A stretch of DNA of 64,000 nucleotides from an uncultured Methanosarcinales archaeon (GCA_964637115.1 CAZWVL010000001.1:1-64000), one strand, 5' to 3'. Counted from the stretch's first letter, positions 1-10,234 are shown. Notes: generated by a model from the letters alone, not told the origin. Translations and numbers: made by a program.

Positions 1-54
1 CAAATGCGGCCGAATTAGATGGTCTAATGTTGCGGCCAGAAAAGCTTTCTTCAT
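1..54 (-). CDS. Possible 5' fragment of the next operon gene, running off the window (MKKAFLAATLDHLIRPHL...)
   Basis: ATG at 54-52 overlaps the purN TGA (ATGA coupling); frame open to the window edge; too short to identify. Confidence 0.3.
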   Translation of the reverse strand, partial: MKKAFLAATLDHLIRPHL

Positions 55-956
55 CTCTTCAACCATTGTCCCGTAGGCTGATTTTCTAAATGGATCTGGC
101 CCTTCTCGTCAAGGCCAATTTTTCCTAGTGCAATATTGCTTATGGTCCGCGGGAAAACAACCCAGTCGCCCTTAACTTTCAAGCGATCCTGGCAGTCAAC
201 CGAATGCTTGTAAAGAGGGAATAACTGTGCCAGCTCATGCTGCTGAATATCAGGGTGCTCTTTTATGAAATCAGTTATCTCCTGAATTGATTTTGCACTG
301 CCTAACAAAACAGCACGATCTTCTAGCGAAAGTACAGCATCCGGCACTGGTTGCGGATCAGACACTGCAACCACCGGACCTCCATCCAGCTCACGAGTAA
401 CGACATGTACTGATGTGTATACTTCCTTTTCGCCAGCCAGAATGGCTTTTGCGCTTGGAATCCAGCCAAGACCAGTGTATCTTGGCTTTCCAGCATTTTT
501 TCCAGATGCATACTTGACGCGCAAATCACCAGGGTGCACGTTAACAGTGAGAATAGTGTTGGTAAACAATGATGTCTTGACATACTCATCGCCAGCGAGA
601 GCAACACAATCAATGTTATGCGCAGTCAATAATTGCACGGTTATGTTGTCGTATGCTGATCTTATGGGCATATTTTTGTCTTCCTTAATAGAATCAAGCC
701 CGCGCGCCTTGAAAAAATCACGGAAAGAATGAACAATTACTGGCAGCGTCACACCTTTTGAAGAATATTCTGTGCTAATCTTGACCGCATTCGATGACGG
801 CGTGCCTGTGAGCAACATTGTAGGTTCGTACGACGGATTGCCGGCATCTCTCTCTGAAATATAATTCTCGATAATCTTCCGCGCATTCGAACCAGAGCCG
901 TCCAGAGAGATGGCAACACGCATCGGCAAGCCGGGCTTATATAATGGAGTTATCAT
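51..956 (-). CDS. purN: Phosphoribosylglycinamide formyltransferase-like protein (PurN family)
   Basis: N-terminal SLDGSGSNA loop, catalytic NVHP and VHVVTRELDGGPVV motifs; overlaps the purM stop in a pur operon. Confidence 0.8.
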   Translation of the reverse strand: MITPLYKPGLPMRVAISLDGSGSNARKIIENYISERDAGNPSYEPTMLLTGTPSSNAVKISTEYSSKGVTLPVIVHSFRDFFKARGLDSIKEDKNMPIRSAYDNITVQLLTAHNIDCVALAGDEYVKTSLFTNTILTVNVHPGDLRVKYASGKNAGKPRYTGLGWIPSAKAILAGEKEVYTSVHVVTRELDGGPVVAVSDPQPVPDAVLSLEDRAVLLGSAKSIQEITDFIKEHPDIQQHELAQLFPLYKHSVDCQDRLKVKGDWVVFPRTISNIALGKIGLDEKGQIHLENQPTGQWLKR

Positions 957-1999
957 GCTACTTCCCCGGCATAAGTAACGCCTTTTCCTTCAACCACTTC
1001 ACCAATTTTGTAACTCTTCAGATTATGCTTTTCTTTCAAGCGCGCCTGCAAGTCAGGAACAACGCCGCTGTCATTCACAACAGCAATCATTCCAATGCCC
1101 ATATTGAAAGTTCTTCTCATCTCAGCAATTTCAACCGGGCCGTTCTTTTGGATGTAATTGAAGATTGGATGAACAGGCCAGCTACCAACATTGATAATTG
1201 CGCCAAGACCATCTGGCAAAGTATTTGGAACTTTATTCTCCGGGCCGCCTCCAGTAATGTGCGCCATACCTTGAATCTTGTCAGGGAATTCAGCAATAAG
1301 GTCCAAGGTTGGCTTGGTGTAAATTATTGTTGGCCGCAACAAAACATCGGCAACGGTTTCGTTTAATTCCTCTATGCGGCTGTGAATTCCCAGATCGAGC
1401 TTATTGAAGATTACTTTTCTTGCCAAACTGTAACCATTGCTGTGCAAACCGGATGATTCAATACCAAGAAGAGTGGCGCCTTTGCTAACATTCCTGCCGT
1501 CAATAATCTTGCTCTTTTCAACCCTTCCAACAACAAAACCTGCAAGATCAAAATGACCCTGCTGGTACATATCCGGCATTTGCGCAGTTTCGCCGCCCAT
1601 CAATGGAAAACCGCCAATTTCGCATCCTTTTGCAATACCCTTTATGATTTCATAGTGCTGTTTTTCATCAAGCCTGCCCATTGCCATGTAGTCCAAGAAA
1701 AACATTGGTGTTGCGCCTACCCTGCCGAGATCATTTACGCACATCGCAGCTAAGTCAATGCCAACTGTTGTCAACCGATTGGCCATAATGGCGACTAACA
1801 ATTTTGTGCCAACACCATCCGTTGCGCCGATGATATAATGCGTGCCATCATTATACACTGCCTTGAACCCGGCAACATTCGGCCTGATATTTTTATTCCA
1901 AGTTGCCTCCAACAGTGGATTAATCTTCTTTTTCGCCGCTTCAACTTTCGGCACATCAACACCAGAGCCGGCATATGTCATTGGTTGTTCTTCAGTCAT
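953..1999 (-). CDS. purM: Phosphoribosylformylglycinamidine cyclo-ligase (AIR synthetase)
   Basis: TYAGSGVD, TDGVGTK, MCVNDL, GGETAQMP, SSGLHSNGYSL, HITGGG, TFNMGIGM motifs. Confidence 0.97.
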   Translation of the reverse strand: MTEEQPMTYAGSGVDVPKVEAAKKKINPLLEATWNKNIRPNVAGFKAVYNDGTHYIIGATDGVGTKLLVAIMANRLTTVGIDLAAMCVNDLGRVGATPMFFLDYMAMGRLDEKQHYEIIKGIAKGCEIGGFPLMGGETAQMPDMYQQGHFDLAGFVVGRVEKSKIIDGRNVSKGATLLGIESSGLHSNGYSLARKVIFNKLDLGIHSRIEELNETVADVLLRPTIIYTKPTLDLIAEFPDKIQGMAHITGGGPENKVPNTLPDGLGAIINVGSWPVHPIFNYIQKNGPVEIAEMRRTFNMGIGMIAVVNDSGVVPDLQARLKEKHNLKSYKIGEVVEGKGVTYAGEVA

Positions 2000-3342
2000 T
2001 TTTTTCCCTCCCGCTGGATGTCACGCCAGCCGATGTCAGTTCTATAGTGCAGGTTGTCGCCCTCAACAGATACCAGCCGTATGGCGTCAAGCGCTTTCGC
2101 CTGCGCCTCCCTTAATGTATTGCCCTCGGCAACCAAGCTGAACAACCTGCCGCCGTTTGCGTATAGTTTTCCGCTATCGACTCCTGTGCCAACCCTAATT
2201 CCTGCACCGTACACCCTGATTCCGGGCATTTCCATTGCAATTCCAAGGCCGATAATCTGCTTGCCTTTGACTGCATCAACTGCCTTAGAATCAGGATAGC
2301 CCTTTGAAGCGCCAACAATGCAGACACGCGCTTTGTTGTCTTCCGCGATGTCGAGTTTCTGCAGCTCCTGGTTAATGCACGCATATGCAATCTCGTCCAT
2401 TGGCGTTTGAATTCCTGGAATCACAACTTCTGCCTCAGGCGCGCCCCAACGACTGTTGAATTCAACAACTTTTGGACCGTCTTTCGTGACCATAATGCCG
2501 CAATATAGAATTCCTGTGTACGGTGTGCTCCTATCGCGCATACCCCTGATGGTTGGGATTATGATATCACGCGCAATAGTCTCTTTGATTTTGTCATCGA
2601 TTACACCTGCAGGCGCAACCGCGCCCATGCCGCCTGTGTTTGCACCTTGATCTCCCCAAAGCAAACGCTTGTGGTCCTGCGCCGGTTTTACCGTGCGGAA
2701 ATTGAAGTCGTCACTGATTGCGTACACCGATGCCTCCTCTCCAACCATGCCTTCTTCAATGAGGTATGTCTGGCCTGCTTCTTTGAACGATTTCATCGTT
2801 TCAATAGCCTTGATTGCCTCATCAATATTTGTCGCAGGAATTGCGCCCTTGCCAGCACAGAGGCCTGCTGCTTTGATGAACGTCAATATATTCGGCACGC
2901 TGTCGTATCTTCCCTTGGCAAATTCAATGCCATCTTTTTCGTTATCAAATGTCATAAAAACAGGATGCGGAATATTTTCTCGCATCATAAACTTACGCGC
3001 ATATACCTTGTCCCACTCCAATCTCGAAGCAGCTTTTGTCGGTCCGAAGACGGTAAAGCCGTGCTCCTGCAAGAGGTCGACTGTGCCTACCGCAAGCGCA
3101 TCGTCTTGGCAGACGTCAACCAAATCAGGCTTGTATTTTTGCGCAACTGCCAAGAATGACTGAGGGTCTGTCAACTTGCCTGGTGCAATGATAACTTCCT
3201 TCTGTCTGTTATAGCCGATAAAGTCATTTCCAGGAGAAACTATTATTCTCTTAACATTCGAACTTCGCTCATACGCATCAGACAACGCATGCGCTCGCGC
3301 GCTGCTGTCAACAATCATTACTGTCAAATCTTCTTTTGTCAT
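1996..3342 (-). CDS. purD: Phosphoribosylamine-glycine ligase
   Basis: FGPTKAASRLEWDK, KAAGLCAGKG, AQDHKRL, NTGGMGA, EFNSRWGAPE and TANGGR-like (YANGGRL) motifs. Confidence 0.97.
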   Translation of the reverse strand: MTKEDLTVMIVDSSARAHALSDAYERSSNVKRIIVSPGNDFIGYNRQKEVIIAPGKLTDPQSFLAVAQKYKPDLVDVCQDDALAVGTVDLLQEHGFTVFGPTKAASRLEWDKVYARKFMMRENIPHPVFMTFDNEKDGIEFAKGRYDSVPNILTFIKAAGLCAGKGAIPATNIDEAIKAIETMKSFKEAGQTYLIEEGMVGEEASVYAISDDFNFRTVKPAQDHKRLLWGDQGANTGGMGAVAPAGVIDDKIKETIARDIIIPTIRGMRDRSTPYTGILYCGIMVTKDGPKVVEFNSRWGAPEAEVVIPGIQTPMDEIAYACINQELQKLDIAEDNKARVCIVGASKGYPDSKAVDAVKGKQIIGLGIAMEMPGIRVYGAGIRVGTGVDSGKLYANGGRLFSLVAEGNTLREAQAKALDAIRLVSVEGDNLHYRTDIGWRDIQREGKK

Positions 3343-3351
3343 TTTTCCACC

Positions 3352-4155
3352 TCAGCTATAATGTTCAACTGCGTTCCTGAAAACCTGCATTCCAGGGCCT
3401 TCTTCAGGCATTTTTTCACCTGAACGTCTCATCAAACTCCAAACATAAGTCCAGTGAGGCAAATGTGTGAATGCGATAGCTCTCTCAGGATGAGGCATCA
3501 TGCCCAAAATCCTGCCAGATTCATCTGATACTGCTGCAATATCTTCTATAGAGCCATTTGGATTTGCAGGAAGATCCTGGTGATTGCAAATAGTGCCTCT
3601 TATGTATCTCGCCGCAACCAAATTCCTTTCTTTGATCTGATTTAGCGTACTTTCTTCAGCGTAAAATTTTCCTTCACCGTGCGCAATCGGAACCATAAGA
3701 CCATTCATATCCTTCAGCCACGGACTGTGGCTTTTGATAGCCAAATCAACCCATCTGCACTGATATCTGGGAAAATCATTGTGCATCAAAGCCGCAGTTG
3801 TTGCGTCGTACCTGCCATCAACGCCTGGCAAGAGGCCAAAGTTTACTAACAACTGGAAGCCATTGCAAACGCCAAGAATCAAATGGTCCTTATTTTCAGC
3901 AAACTTCAGCATATCGTCATGCAAATTATTCCTTATTCTGTTTGCCCAGACGTATGCGGAGCCAGTGTCGTCACCGTAAGAAAATCCTCCTGGGAACATA
4001 GCAATCTGATAATTATGAATTTTTTTTGGGTCGTCAATCCAATCGTTCATATGCACGATGTCTGCACTTGCTCCAGCTTCCTCAAAAGCGAATTTTGATT
4101 CACGCTCGCAATTCGTGCCGTGCTCCTTCACAATCATTACTAAAGGTTTTGCCAT
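3352..4155 (-). CDS. purQ: FGAM synthase glutaminase subunit
   Basis: GTNCE, FPGGFSYGD, LGVCNGFQ nucleophile elbow, IAHGEG, NPNGS, GMMPHPER; start placed at ATG 4155. Confidence 0.96.
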   Translation of the reverse strand: MAKPLVMIVKEHGTNCERESKFAFEEAGASADIVHMNDWIDDPKKIHNYQIAMFPGGFSYGDDTGSAYVWANRIRNNLHDDMLKFAENKDHLILGVCNGFQLLVNFGLLPGVDGRYDATTAALMHNDFPRYQCRWVDLAIKSHSPWLKDMNGLMVPIAHGEGKFYAEESTLNQIKERNLVAARYIRGTICNHQDLPANPNGSIEDIAAVSDESGRILGMMPHPERAIAFTHLPHWTYVWSLMRRSGEKMPEEGPGMQVFRNAVEHYS

Positions 4156-4156
4156 A

Positions 4157-7100
4157 TCAGTAATCCTCAAAAGTTGACTTGTAAGACTTCAGCATGCTGC
4201 TAACTTTGGCGTTAATTAATTCAGATTCATCGCTTCCAATCACAAACTTGTCATCGTCAGTAATGATTCCAATAGGAGTGTATGCATTATTGCCCATCAT
4301 TTCTTCAAAACGATCCTGTTTTTCAGGGGTAACTGTAACAACAATCCTTCCCATGCTTTCAGAATATAATGCAGAATGCGGTTGTGTCCAATCGCCAGGA
4401 AGGTTATCGATTGAAACAGACAAGCCACGCTTGCCTCCCATTGCGGTCTTGGCCAAAGCAACAGCCAACCCGCCTCTATGAACGCTTTGAGCAGACTCGA
4501 TTAATTCCGTCTCAATACATTTTGCCAATGAACGATAAAGCTCATTATTCTTGACAGCATCAACCTTTGGAACGTAGCCCTTGCCGTGCTGGCCAACCAT
4601 AGACAAGTACTCAGAACCGCCAAGCTCATCGTGAGTTTCACCAAGAACATAAACAACATCGCCAGCAAGCTTTGCATCCAAAGAAACGGCTTTCTTGGAG
4701 TCATCAATAACGCCGAGAGAAGAAATAAGCACAGTAGGCGGAATGGAAATATTTATTTTTTTGCCATCTTCATCAAAACCCTTAAAGTCATTGAACATGC
4801 TGTCCTTGCCAGAAATAAAGGGAGTATCGTAAGCAACAGCAAAATCATAACATGCCTGTGCAGCAGCTTTTAACTGGCCAAGACGCTCCTCCTCCTTTGA
4901 ACTGCACCAGCAAAAGTTGTCCATCAATGCAAGATGGTCAGGATTAGCGCCTGCAGCAATAGCATTCCTGACGGCAGTATCAACAGCGCACGCAGCCATG
5001 TCGTAAGTATCCAAGTCGCTGTACAAAGGATTAATTCCCTGTGAGAGAACAACACCTTTCTTAGATTCAAGCAAAGGCCTTGTGACAGAAGCATCTCCAT
5101 TCACCATGCCCCTGCCCTGCAAAGGCTTCAAATCACTGCCACCCTGCACTTCATGATCAAACTGCCTTGAAATAAACTCATAACTTGCAATATTCTTGCG
5201 AGCAAGCATTGAAAGTAAAGACTCTGTCATATCATCAAGGGATTCCAATTCAGGTTCGCTGTATTCAGGCCTCGTGTACTTTGACGTCTGTTGATGCTTT
5301 GGCAAGCCATCGTGCAGGAATTTAAGAGAAACATCCATTATTGTTTGCGTTTCAGTTTCATTTGAATGCGTGACGGTACAATAACTGGTGTTGGTAAATG
5401 TTCCAATAGATGTTGCTTCCACATCTCTCTTGTCCATATGCGCCTTAAACTTCGCCCAATTTTCAGGAGGAACAGAAAGCAGCATACTCTCTTGGCTTTC
5501 AGAAATCCACGTCTCATAAAATCTTAATCCTGAATATTTTAGCGGTACTTTTTCAAGATGAACAATGCAACCATTTGATTCCCGGCCCATTTCTCCAACA
5601 GCGCAGGACAATCCACCAGCACCCAAATCAGTAATGCTTGTATACAAACCACGGTCTTGAGCTTCAAACAGCGCATCAAACATATTTTTCTCAGTAATCG
5701 GGTCGCCAATCTGTACAGCGCCTGCAGGAGAGCCAGAATGCAAAGCCTCGGAAGAGAAAGTTGCGCCATGAATGCCGTCTCTACCTCTTCTGCCTCCGAG
5801 AAGAACAATATGATCACCAGGCCTTGCACCTTTATCCTGAGAAGGTCTGCCTGCAATAACTTTTGGCATTATTCCAACAGAGCGAACGAAAACCAAGGGA
5901 TTGCCACGATATCTATCATCAAAACAAACACCGCCTTGGGCAGTAGGAATGCCCATACTGTTGCCATATTTATTCACGCCCCTGACAATGCCTTCAAGAA
6001 GCTTTCTTGGAGAAAGCATCTTAATTGTGCGCTCTTGATTCCTGTACAATGGTCTTTTATCATCGGTGTCGCCAGAGCAAAATAAGTAAGCATCCTGGAA
6101 TGGTCTCGCGCCAAGACCAGTTCCAGCACTGTCCCGGATAACTCCCCCCAGGCCTGTCTCTGAACCACCATCAGGGTCAATCGATGAAGGTTTATTGTGT
6201 GTTTCAGCCTTATCTGTAATGTAATGATTCTCATCAAACTCAATAATGCCGGCATTGTCCTTGAATACAGAAACGCAGAAATTCTTTTTGCCAGACTTTT
6301 CCTTGTTTTCAATAACTTTCTTGGTTGCACGCTTTATGTAATGATCGAATAACCCGGTCTTAATGTCATCAATCGGGTCAGCAAAAATAGTATGCTTGCA
6401 ATGCTCAGACCAGGTTTGAGCGATTGCTTCAAGCTCAACATCGGTAGGATTACGGCCGCGCTCCTTAAAATAATCACGCACTGACTGCATGTAATCAAGA
6501 CCCATTGACAAAGGACCGCGTCTGACTTTCTCGAAAAATTTTCCGTCTTTTTCGAGAATATCTCCCAATTTAAGCTTATCATCTGCATATTCGCGCTGCT
6601 TGCGCGTATACTCTTCGGGATTAAGCTCGCGATTATAATCGAAAATGCCTGATGAGCCGATGCGCTGCAGTTCAAAATCATCATAATTCAAAAGATCAAC
6701 AACATCTGCTTTTTGTTCAGCATCAAGCTTAACACGAGGCACAATTGAGCCTGCACTGGATAAAAACTCGTAACGCGACTTAATGGTTGCGCGTTTAATG
6801 GCAGGATTATGCAGGCCATCCGCAATCTTGCTCACATCATCTGCTGAGAGCGAGCCAGAAATGAAGAAAGTCTGCGAAGTATAGACTTTTGGCTGTTCTT
6901 TGAACTTATCCTTGATTTCCTTTTCAACAGTTTCACCTTCACGGTCCTTGACACCAGGCAAGAGGCCAATCTCAACAGCCCAATCAAAAGACTTGGGAGT
7001 GATTGATTCGTAAGGCGCAAAAAGATTCAGCCCCATATATCCGGCTTCTTCGGCAATAGGATTAATCAGCATACCTGCAACAGATTCCAGTTTCTCACGC

Positions 7101-7237
7101 GATAAATCAATATCAACAGTAAAATTGTCCAAACGCTTTACATCAGTTACAGGGAAACCTTCCCTTTGCAGCCTTTCCAACAACGTCGCTGCATTTGCAT
7201 CCCTGTGCTTAGCTCTGCGTTCGATACGGTCTGGCAT
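4157..7237 (-). CDS. purL: FGAM synthase synthetase subunit with N-terminal PurS-like extension (about 1026 aa)
   Basis: QTWSEHCKH, DNAG, ETHNKPS, GRDGIHGATFSS, DLGAGGL, SESQE, QFDHEV, ISGKDS motifs; start moved to ATG 7237, just after the upstream stop at 7239. Confidence 0.95.
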   Translation of the reverse strand: MPDRIERRAKHRDANAATLLERLQREGFPVTDVKRLDNFTVDIDLSREKLESVAGMLINPIAEEAGYMGLNLFAPYESITPKSFDWAVEIGLLPGVKDREGETVEKEIKDKFKEQPKVYTSQTFFISGSLSADDVSKIADGLHNPAIKRATIKSRYEFLSSAGSIVPRVKLDAEQKADVVDLLNYDDFELQRIGSSGIFDYNRELNPEEYTRKQREYADDKLKLGDILEKDGKFFEKVRRGPLSMGLDYMQSVRDYFKERGRNPTDVELEAIAQTWSEHCKHTIFADPIDDIKTGLFDHYIKRATKKVIENKEKSGKKNFCVSVFKDNAGIIEFDENHYITDKAETHNKPSSIDPDGGSETGLGGVIRDSAGTGLGARPFQDAYLFCSGDTDDKRPLYRNQERTIKMLSPRKLLEGIVRGVNKYGNSMGIPTAQGGVCFDDRYRGNPLVFVRSVGIMPKVIAGRPSQDKGARPGDHIVLLGGRRGRDGIHGATFSSEALHSGSPAGAVQIGDPITEKNMFDALFEAQDRGLYTSITDLGAGGLSCAVGEMGRESNGCIVHLEKVPLKYSGLRFYETWISESQESMLLSVPPENWAKFKAHMDKRDVEATSIGTFTNTSYCTVTHSNETETQTIMDVSLKFLHDGLPKHQQTSKYTRPEYSEPELESLDDMTESLLSMLARKNIASYEFISRQFDHEVQGGSDLKPLQGRGMVNGDASVTRPLLESKKGVVLSQGINPLYSDLDTYDMAACAVDTAVRNAIAAGANPDHLALMDNFCWCSSKEEERLGQLKAAAQACYDFAVAYDTPFISGKDSMFNDFKGFDEDGKKINISIPPTVLISSLGVIDDSKKAVSLDAKLAGDVVYVLGETHDELGGSEYLSMVGQHGKGYVPKVDAVKNNELYRSLAKCIETELIESAQSVHRGGLAVALAKTAMGGKRGLSVSIDNLPGDWTQPHSALYSESMGRIVVTVTPEKQDRFEEMMGNNAYTPIGIITDDDKFVIGSDESELINAKVSSMLKSYKSTFEDY

Positions 7238-7238
7238 A

Positions 7239-8723
7239 TTATTTCGCTGTGATTTGGCTTGTATAGAGCTTTGCTGCTTCGTGCGGATTTTCGCTCTCGG
7301 AAATGCCGCGTCCGATAATTCCGTGGTATTTCTTGCCGGCAACCTTGGCCGCATCCCCGATTTTTCCACCTTGCGCAACAAAACCAGGAGAATATAACGT
7401 TGGTTCATCGATGCCTTCTGCCGCGATGACCTCATTTATCTTCTGAATTGCATCAAGCTTATTGCCAGGCACAACAAAGTGTGTGACACCTGCACGTGCG
7501 GCGATCCGATATATTTCAAGTGCACCTTCATCTGTGATGAATCCGCCTTCGCTCTTTGTGTAGGTTGGGTGTGTCATCCAGCCGCCAACTATCACATTTA
7601 ACCCTTTGTCAAGCGCGTGATACAACCAGCCCCGCTCTGATTCGGGCCCTGAGTGCGGGAATAAAATGAAGGTGTCAAATCCCGCAGCTTTCAACTCAGT
7701 GGTCATGTCACGAGGAGTGACATCCTGAATATCATTGCCTAATTTTTGACCGTCGTAAATCAATGGCTTGTTGGTATGCTTTCGTGCAGTTTCAATCCAG
7801 CGCTCCCATCCCTTTCTTCCAGAACGTGCGGGAATCTTGTACCCGCCGATACCATCCACGTCGGCAGTTGACTTAACTATTTCTTCAAACCGCTCAAATG
7901 ATACGTCGCACGCAACAATAACGCTTCGATCAGCGTCAATAATTCGCTGGTCAAGCGGTTTGTCAACGCCAAGTTCACTCTTTGCCTTCTGTGTGCCATA
8001 CACGCGCAGATATTTTGGAATGCGCTCTACTGCTTTTTGGTCAACGTCATCACGTGTCTTCAGCCACGCATGTATTTCAGATGTGTTTACGATAGAAACA
8101 ACCGATGTTCCTGTATCTTTTTCGTATTTATCAATTGCACTCACTCCATCATGGCCTATTTCTTGCCTGTCAACAGCGATTGCAAGAAGCGGCAATTCAA
8201 AATTGCCAAGCTCTTCAAGGTCCTTTCGCGCTTGATATTTTGCATCGCCGGCAGTAAAGACATCATCAAGCTGGGCAATCCTGTTGCCATCTTTTGGTGC
8301 ACGGCCCACAACATATGCCTTTATTTTTTCAGCTTTTGAAAGACTTGACGCTTCGCCGTGTTCCTTTGTAATTTTTCTTGTAAAAAACCAGGGAATATCC
8401 TTGCCTTGCTCGCACATACCTATTGCGGTGGCGATAGCAAGCCCAACGCCTTTCTCAGGAATGCCATACAGCAAATCCACATCAATTTTACTTCCAGCAC
8501 TTATTTCATTCGTATACCTGATGTGCTCTAAAATTGCAGACGCGTACGCTTTGCCTAATTTACTTGTAGTGGCACCATCGTTAAAATCTCCAATGTTAAT
8601 GAAATAAGGAGACATTCTCCCGCTCTTCAATGTCCAGTCGCTTCCTATTTTCAAAGCGCCAGTTTTCAATAGAAACTGAATAAATTCTGATTTGTATGCT
8701 TCAACGTTTACCATATTACTCAC
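7239..8723 (-). CDS. pyrE: Bifunctional orotate phosphoribosyltransferase / OMP decarboxylase fusion (PyrE-PyrF)
   Basis: N-half: LKSGRMSPYFIN and LDDVFTAG PRPP-binding motif. C-half: VIVACD, YDGQKLGNDI, VGGWMTH, SPGFVAQGG, IIGRGI (OMPDC TIM-barrel motifs). Confidence 0.9.
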   Translation of the reverse strand: MSNMVNVEAYKSEFIQFLLKTGALKIGSDWTLKSGRMSPYFINIGDFNDGATTSKLGKAYASAILEHIRYTNEISAGSKIDVDLLYGIPEKGVGLAIATAIGMCEQGKDIPWFFTRKITKEHGEASSLSKAEKIKAYVVGRAPKDGNRIAQLDDVFTAGDAKYQARKDLEELGNFELPLLAIAVDRQEIGHDGVSAIDKYEKDTGTSVVSIVNTSEIHAWLKTRDDVDQKAVERIPKYLRVYGTQKAKSELGVDKPLDQRIIDADRSVIVACDVSFERFEEIVKSTADVDGIGGYKIPARSGRKGWERWIETARKHTNKPLIYDGQKLGNDIQDVTPRDMTTELKAAGFDTFILFPHSGPESERGWLYHALDKGLNVIVGGWMTHPTYTKSEGGFITDEGALEIYRIAARAGVTHFVVPGNKLDAIQKINEVIAAEGIDEPTLYSPGFVAQGGKIGDAAKVAGKKYHGIIGRGISESENPHEAAKLYTSQITAK

Positions 8724-8832
8724 CCTCCTTAGTATTGTAAAGGCGACAGTTCAGTAATATATAAGTAAATCTCGACAAGAATATAGCTATTTGACCATAA
8801 CGCTTAAAAACAACAATTGGTTCAGATGCGAT

Positions 8833-9108
8833 ATGCTTGAAAATCCAATGGTGATGTTTGCCCTGATTGGGGGCTTGGGCGGATTGCTAAGAGCTGCAGT
8901 TGGAGTAAGAAAAGCTTACCTTGCAAAAAGAAAATTCATTCTAAACTATTTTCTGGTAACAGTTATCGGCGCAATTATTATTGGCGCAATTGTCGGCAGC
9001 ATAATCGGCATCAACAAGGCAGTAGCATTATTTGCAGGATATGCAGGAACAGATTTGTTAGAAGGACTTGCAAAAAGCTTCAAGCTGGCGCCGATAAGAA
9101 TAGGATAG
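8833..9108 (+). CDS. Small multi-pass membrane protein
   Basis: Three hydrophobic Gly-rich segments; start at ATG 8833. Confidence 0.7.
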   Translation: MLENPMVMFALIGGLGGLLRAAVGVRKAYLAKRKFILNYFLVTVIGAIIIGAIVGSIIGINKAVALFAGYAGTDLLEGLAKSFKLAPIRIG

Positions 9109-9116
9109 GGTTGTCT

Positions 9117-9887
9117 ATGAAAAGAGGTCAATTAACTGCCGTCATTTTAATTGTATTAACTGTTGGAGTGGTTGCACTGCTCGGCTTGCAAGGCAACATG
9201 AACGCACAAGTCATCCAAGTGCCTATTGGAGCTGTGCGCTTTTATGTTTGCGAAGGCCCATTCAGAGAGCCAGCAAGAATTGAAGCCAGATGTACCTCTT
9301 CCACGGCAGAGAAAAATATTAGAAAATTGCTGGACAACCTTCAAAACTGCAGAGAACAACTTCCTGAAGTGCTAGACGCATTGGAAAACGCGCGCAGTTG
9401 TTTAATAGAAATAGCGGATGATGTTCCCACCTATTCGGGAACCGAGTGTGCGAGAAGCGAGCCATTAGAACCAGATGAAAGTAGTCGGCTGCCGGAGGAT
9501 GCAAGCATCTATGATTCCTGTTTCTACCAAGTCACACAGTACTGCCAGCAAGTAGCACGAATATGGGATCAAGTCAATAAAAGAGTAAGGTACGTAACTG
9601 ACCATTGCATGTGGCCAGAGGCGCGCGCAGCTGAAATCGCGAGAGACTGGTTTATTAATCCTCATCTCACAAAAGACCTGCCTGGCTGGGGTCAAAAAGG
9701 GTCGGGACAATACACGTACACCCTTGGAACCTGCAGACGCGCGCTAGGAACAGAGAATCCATGTGCCCAAAGAAGCACCGAAGGGCCGATTCCGATAGAT
9801 GGAAAAACACAGTCGTTGCCAAAAGTGAAGATACCAAAAACCCAGATAATACTGCCAAAAAAACTAATAATTCAGAAAATTGGATGA
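9117..9887 (+). CDS. Secreted or membrane-anchored Cys-containing hypothetical protein
   Basis: N-terminal basic plus hydrophobic segment, about 10 Cys; GGGTTG RBS-like sequence. Confidence 0.7.
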   Translation: MKRGQLTAVILIVLTVGVVALLGLQGNMNAQVIQVPIGAVRFYVCEGPFREPARIEARCTSSTAEKNIRKLLDNLQNCREQLPEVLDALENARSCLIEIADDVPTYSGTECARSEPLEPDESSRLPEDASIYDSCFYQVTQYCQQVARIWDQVNKRVRYVTDHCMWPEARAAEIARDWFINPHLTKDLPGWGQKGSGQYTYTLGTCRRALGTENPCAQRSTEGPIPIDGKTQSLPKVKIPKTQIILPKKLIIQKIG

Positions 9888-9943
9888 ATTCCCTGCATAC
9901 CTTTATAAAGGGCAGTTCTTTAGTATATTAAGGTGGGTGCCAA

Positions 9944-10081
9944 ATGACATTACTTTACAAAACAAAGTGCCGCGTGTGTGACCAGTTTAAGTTCTTAAAA
10001 GCAAGCTGGGGTGCATGCCTCAAGTGCCACGAAAAACGAGTAGGCAAGTACGCAGGACCAGATAGGAAGAACTATCTGTAG
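9944..10081 (+). CDS. 45-aa zinc-finger microprotein (CxxC-x12-CxxC), absent from the ORF track
   Basis: Translates MTLLYKTKCRVCDQFKFLKASWGACLKCHEKRVGKYAGPDRKNYL*; AGGTGG RBS at 9931-9936. Confidence 0.7.
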   Translation: MTLLYKTKCRVCDQFKFLKASWGACLKCHEKRVGKYAGPDRKNYL

Positions 10082-10163
10082 AGAATTTTGAATAACTATC
10101 TTCTAAGTTGTCAAAATTCTCTTAGAGGACTTTGACTAAAATTCTGATAATTCAAAGTCCTCT
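10080..10163. repeat. Double-hairpin REP-like repeat, copy 1
   Basis: AGAGAATTTTGA..TCAAAATTCTCT-T-AGAGGACTTTGA..TCAAAGTCCTCT; related copies at 22892-23078 and 58225-58304. Confidence 0.9.
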
Positions 10164-10234
10164 TTAAGTCGAATTTCTTTGAGTCAACACTTTAAGAGAT
10201 AATCTATATATGTTTGAGTCAATTACTTGTTTTA

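Noticed and set aside
7238-7435. ORF-track extension of purL to 7435 (1092 aa)
   Set aside because: Overlaps the 3' end of pyrE-pyrF in another frame; ATG 7237 right after the upstream stop is the plausible start
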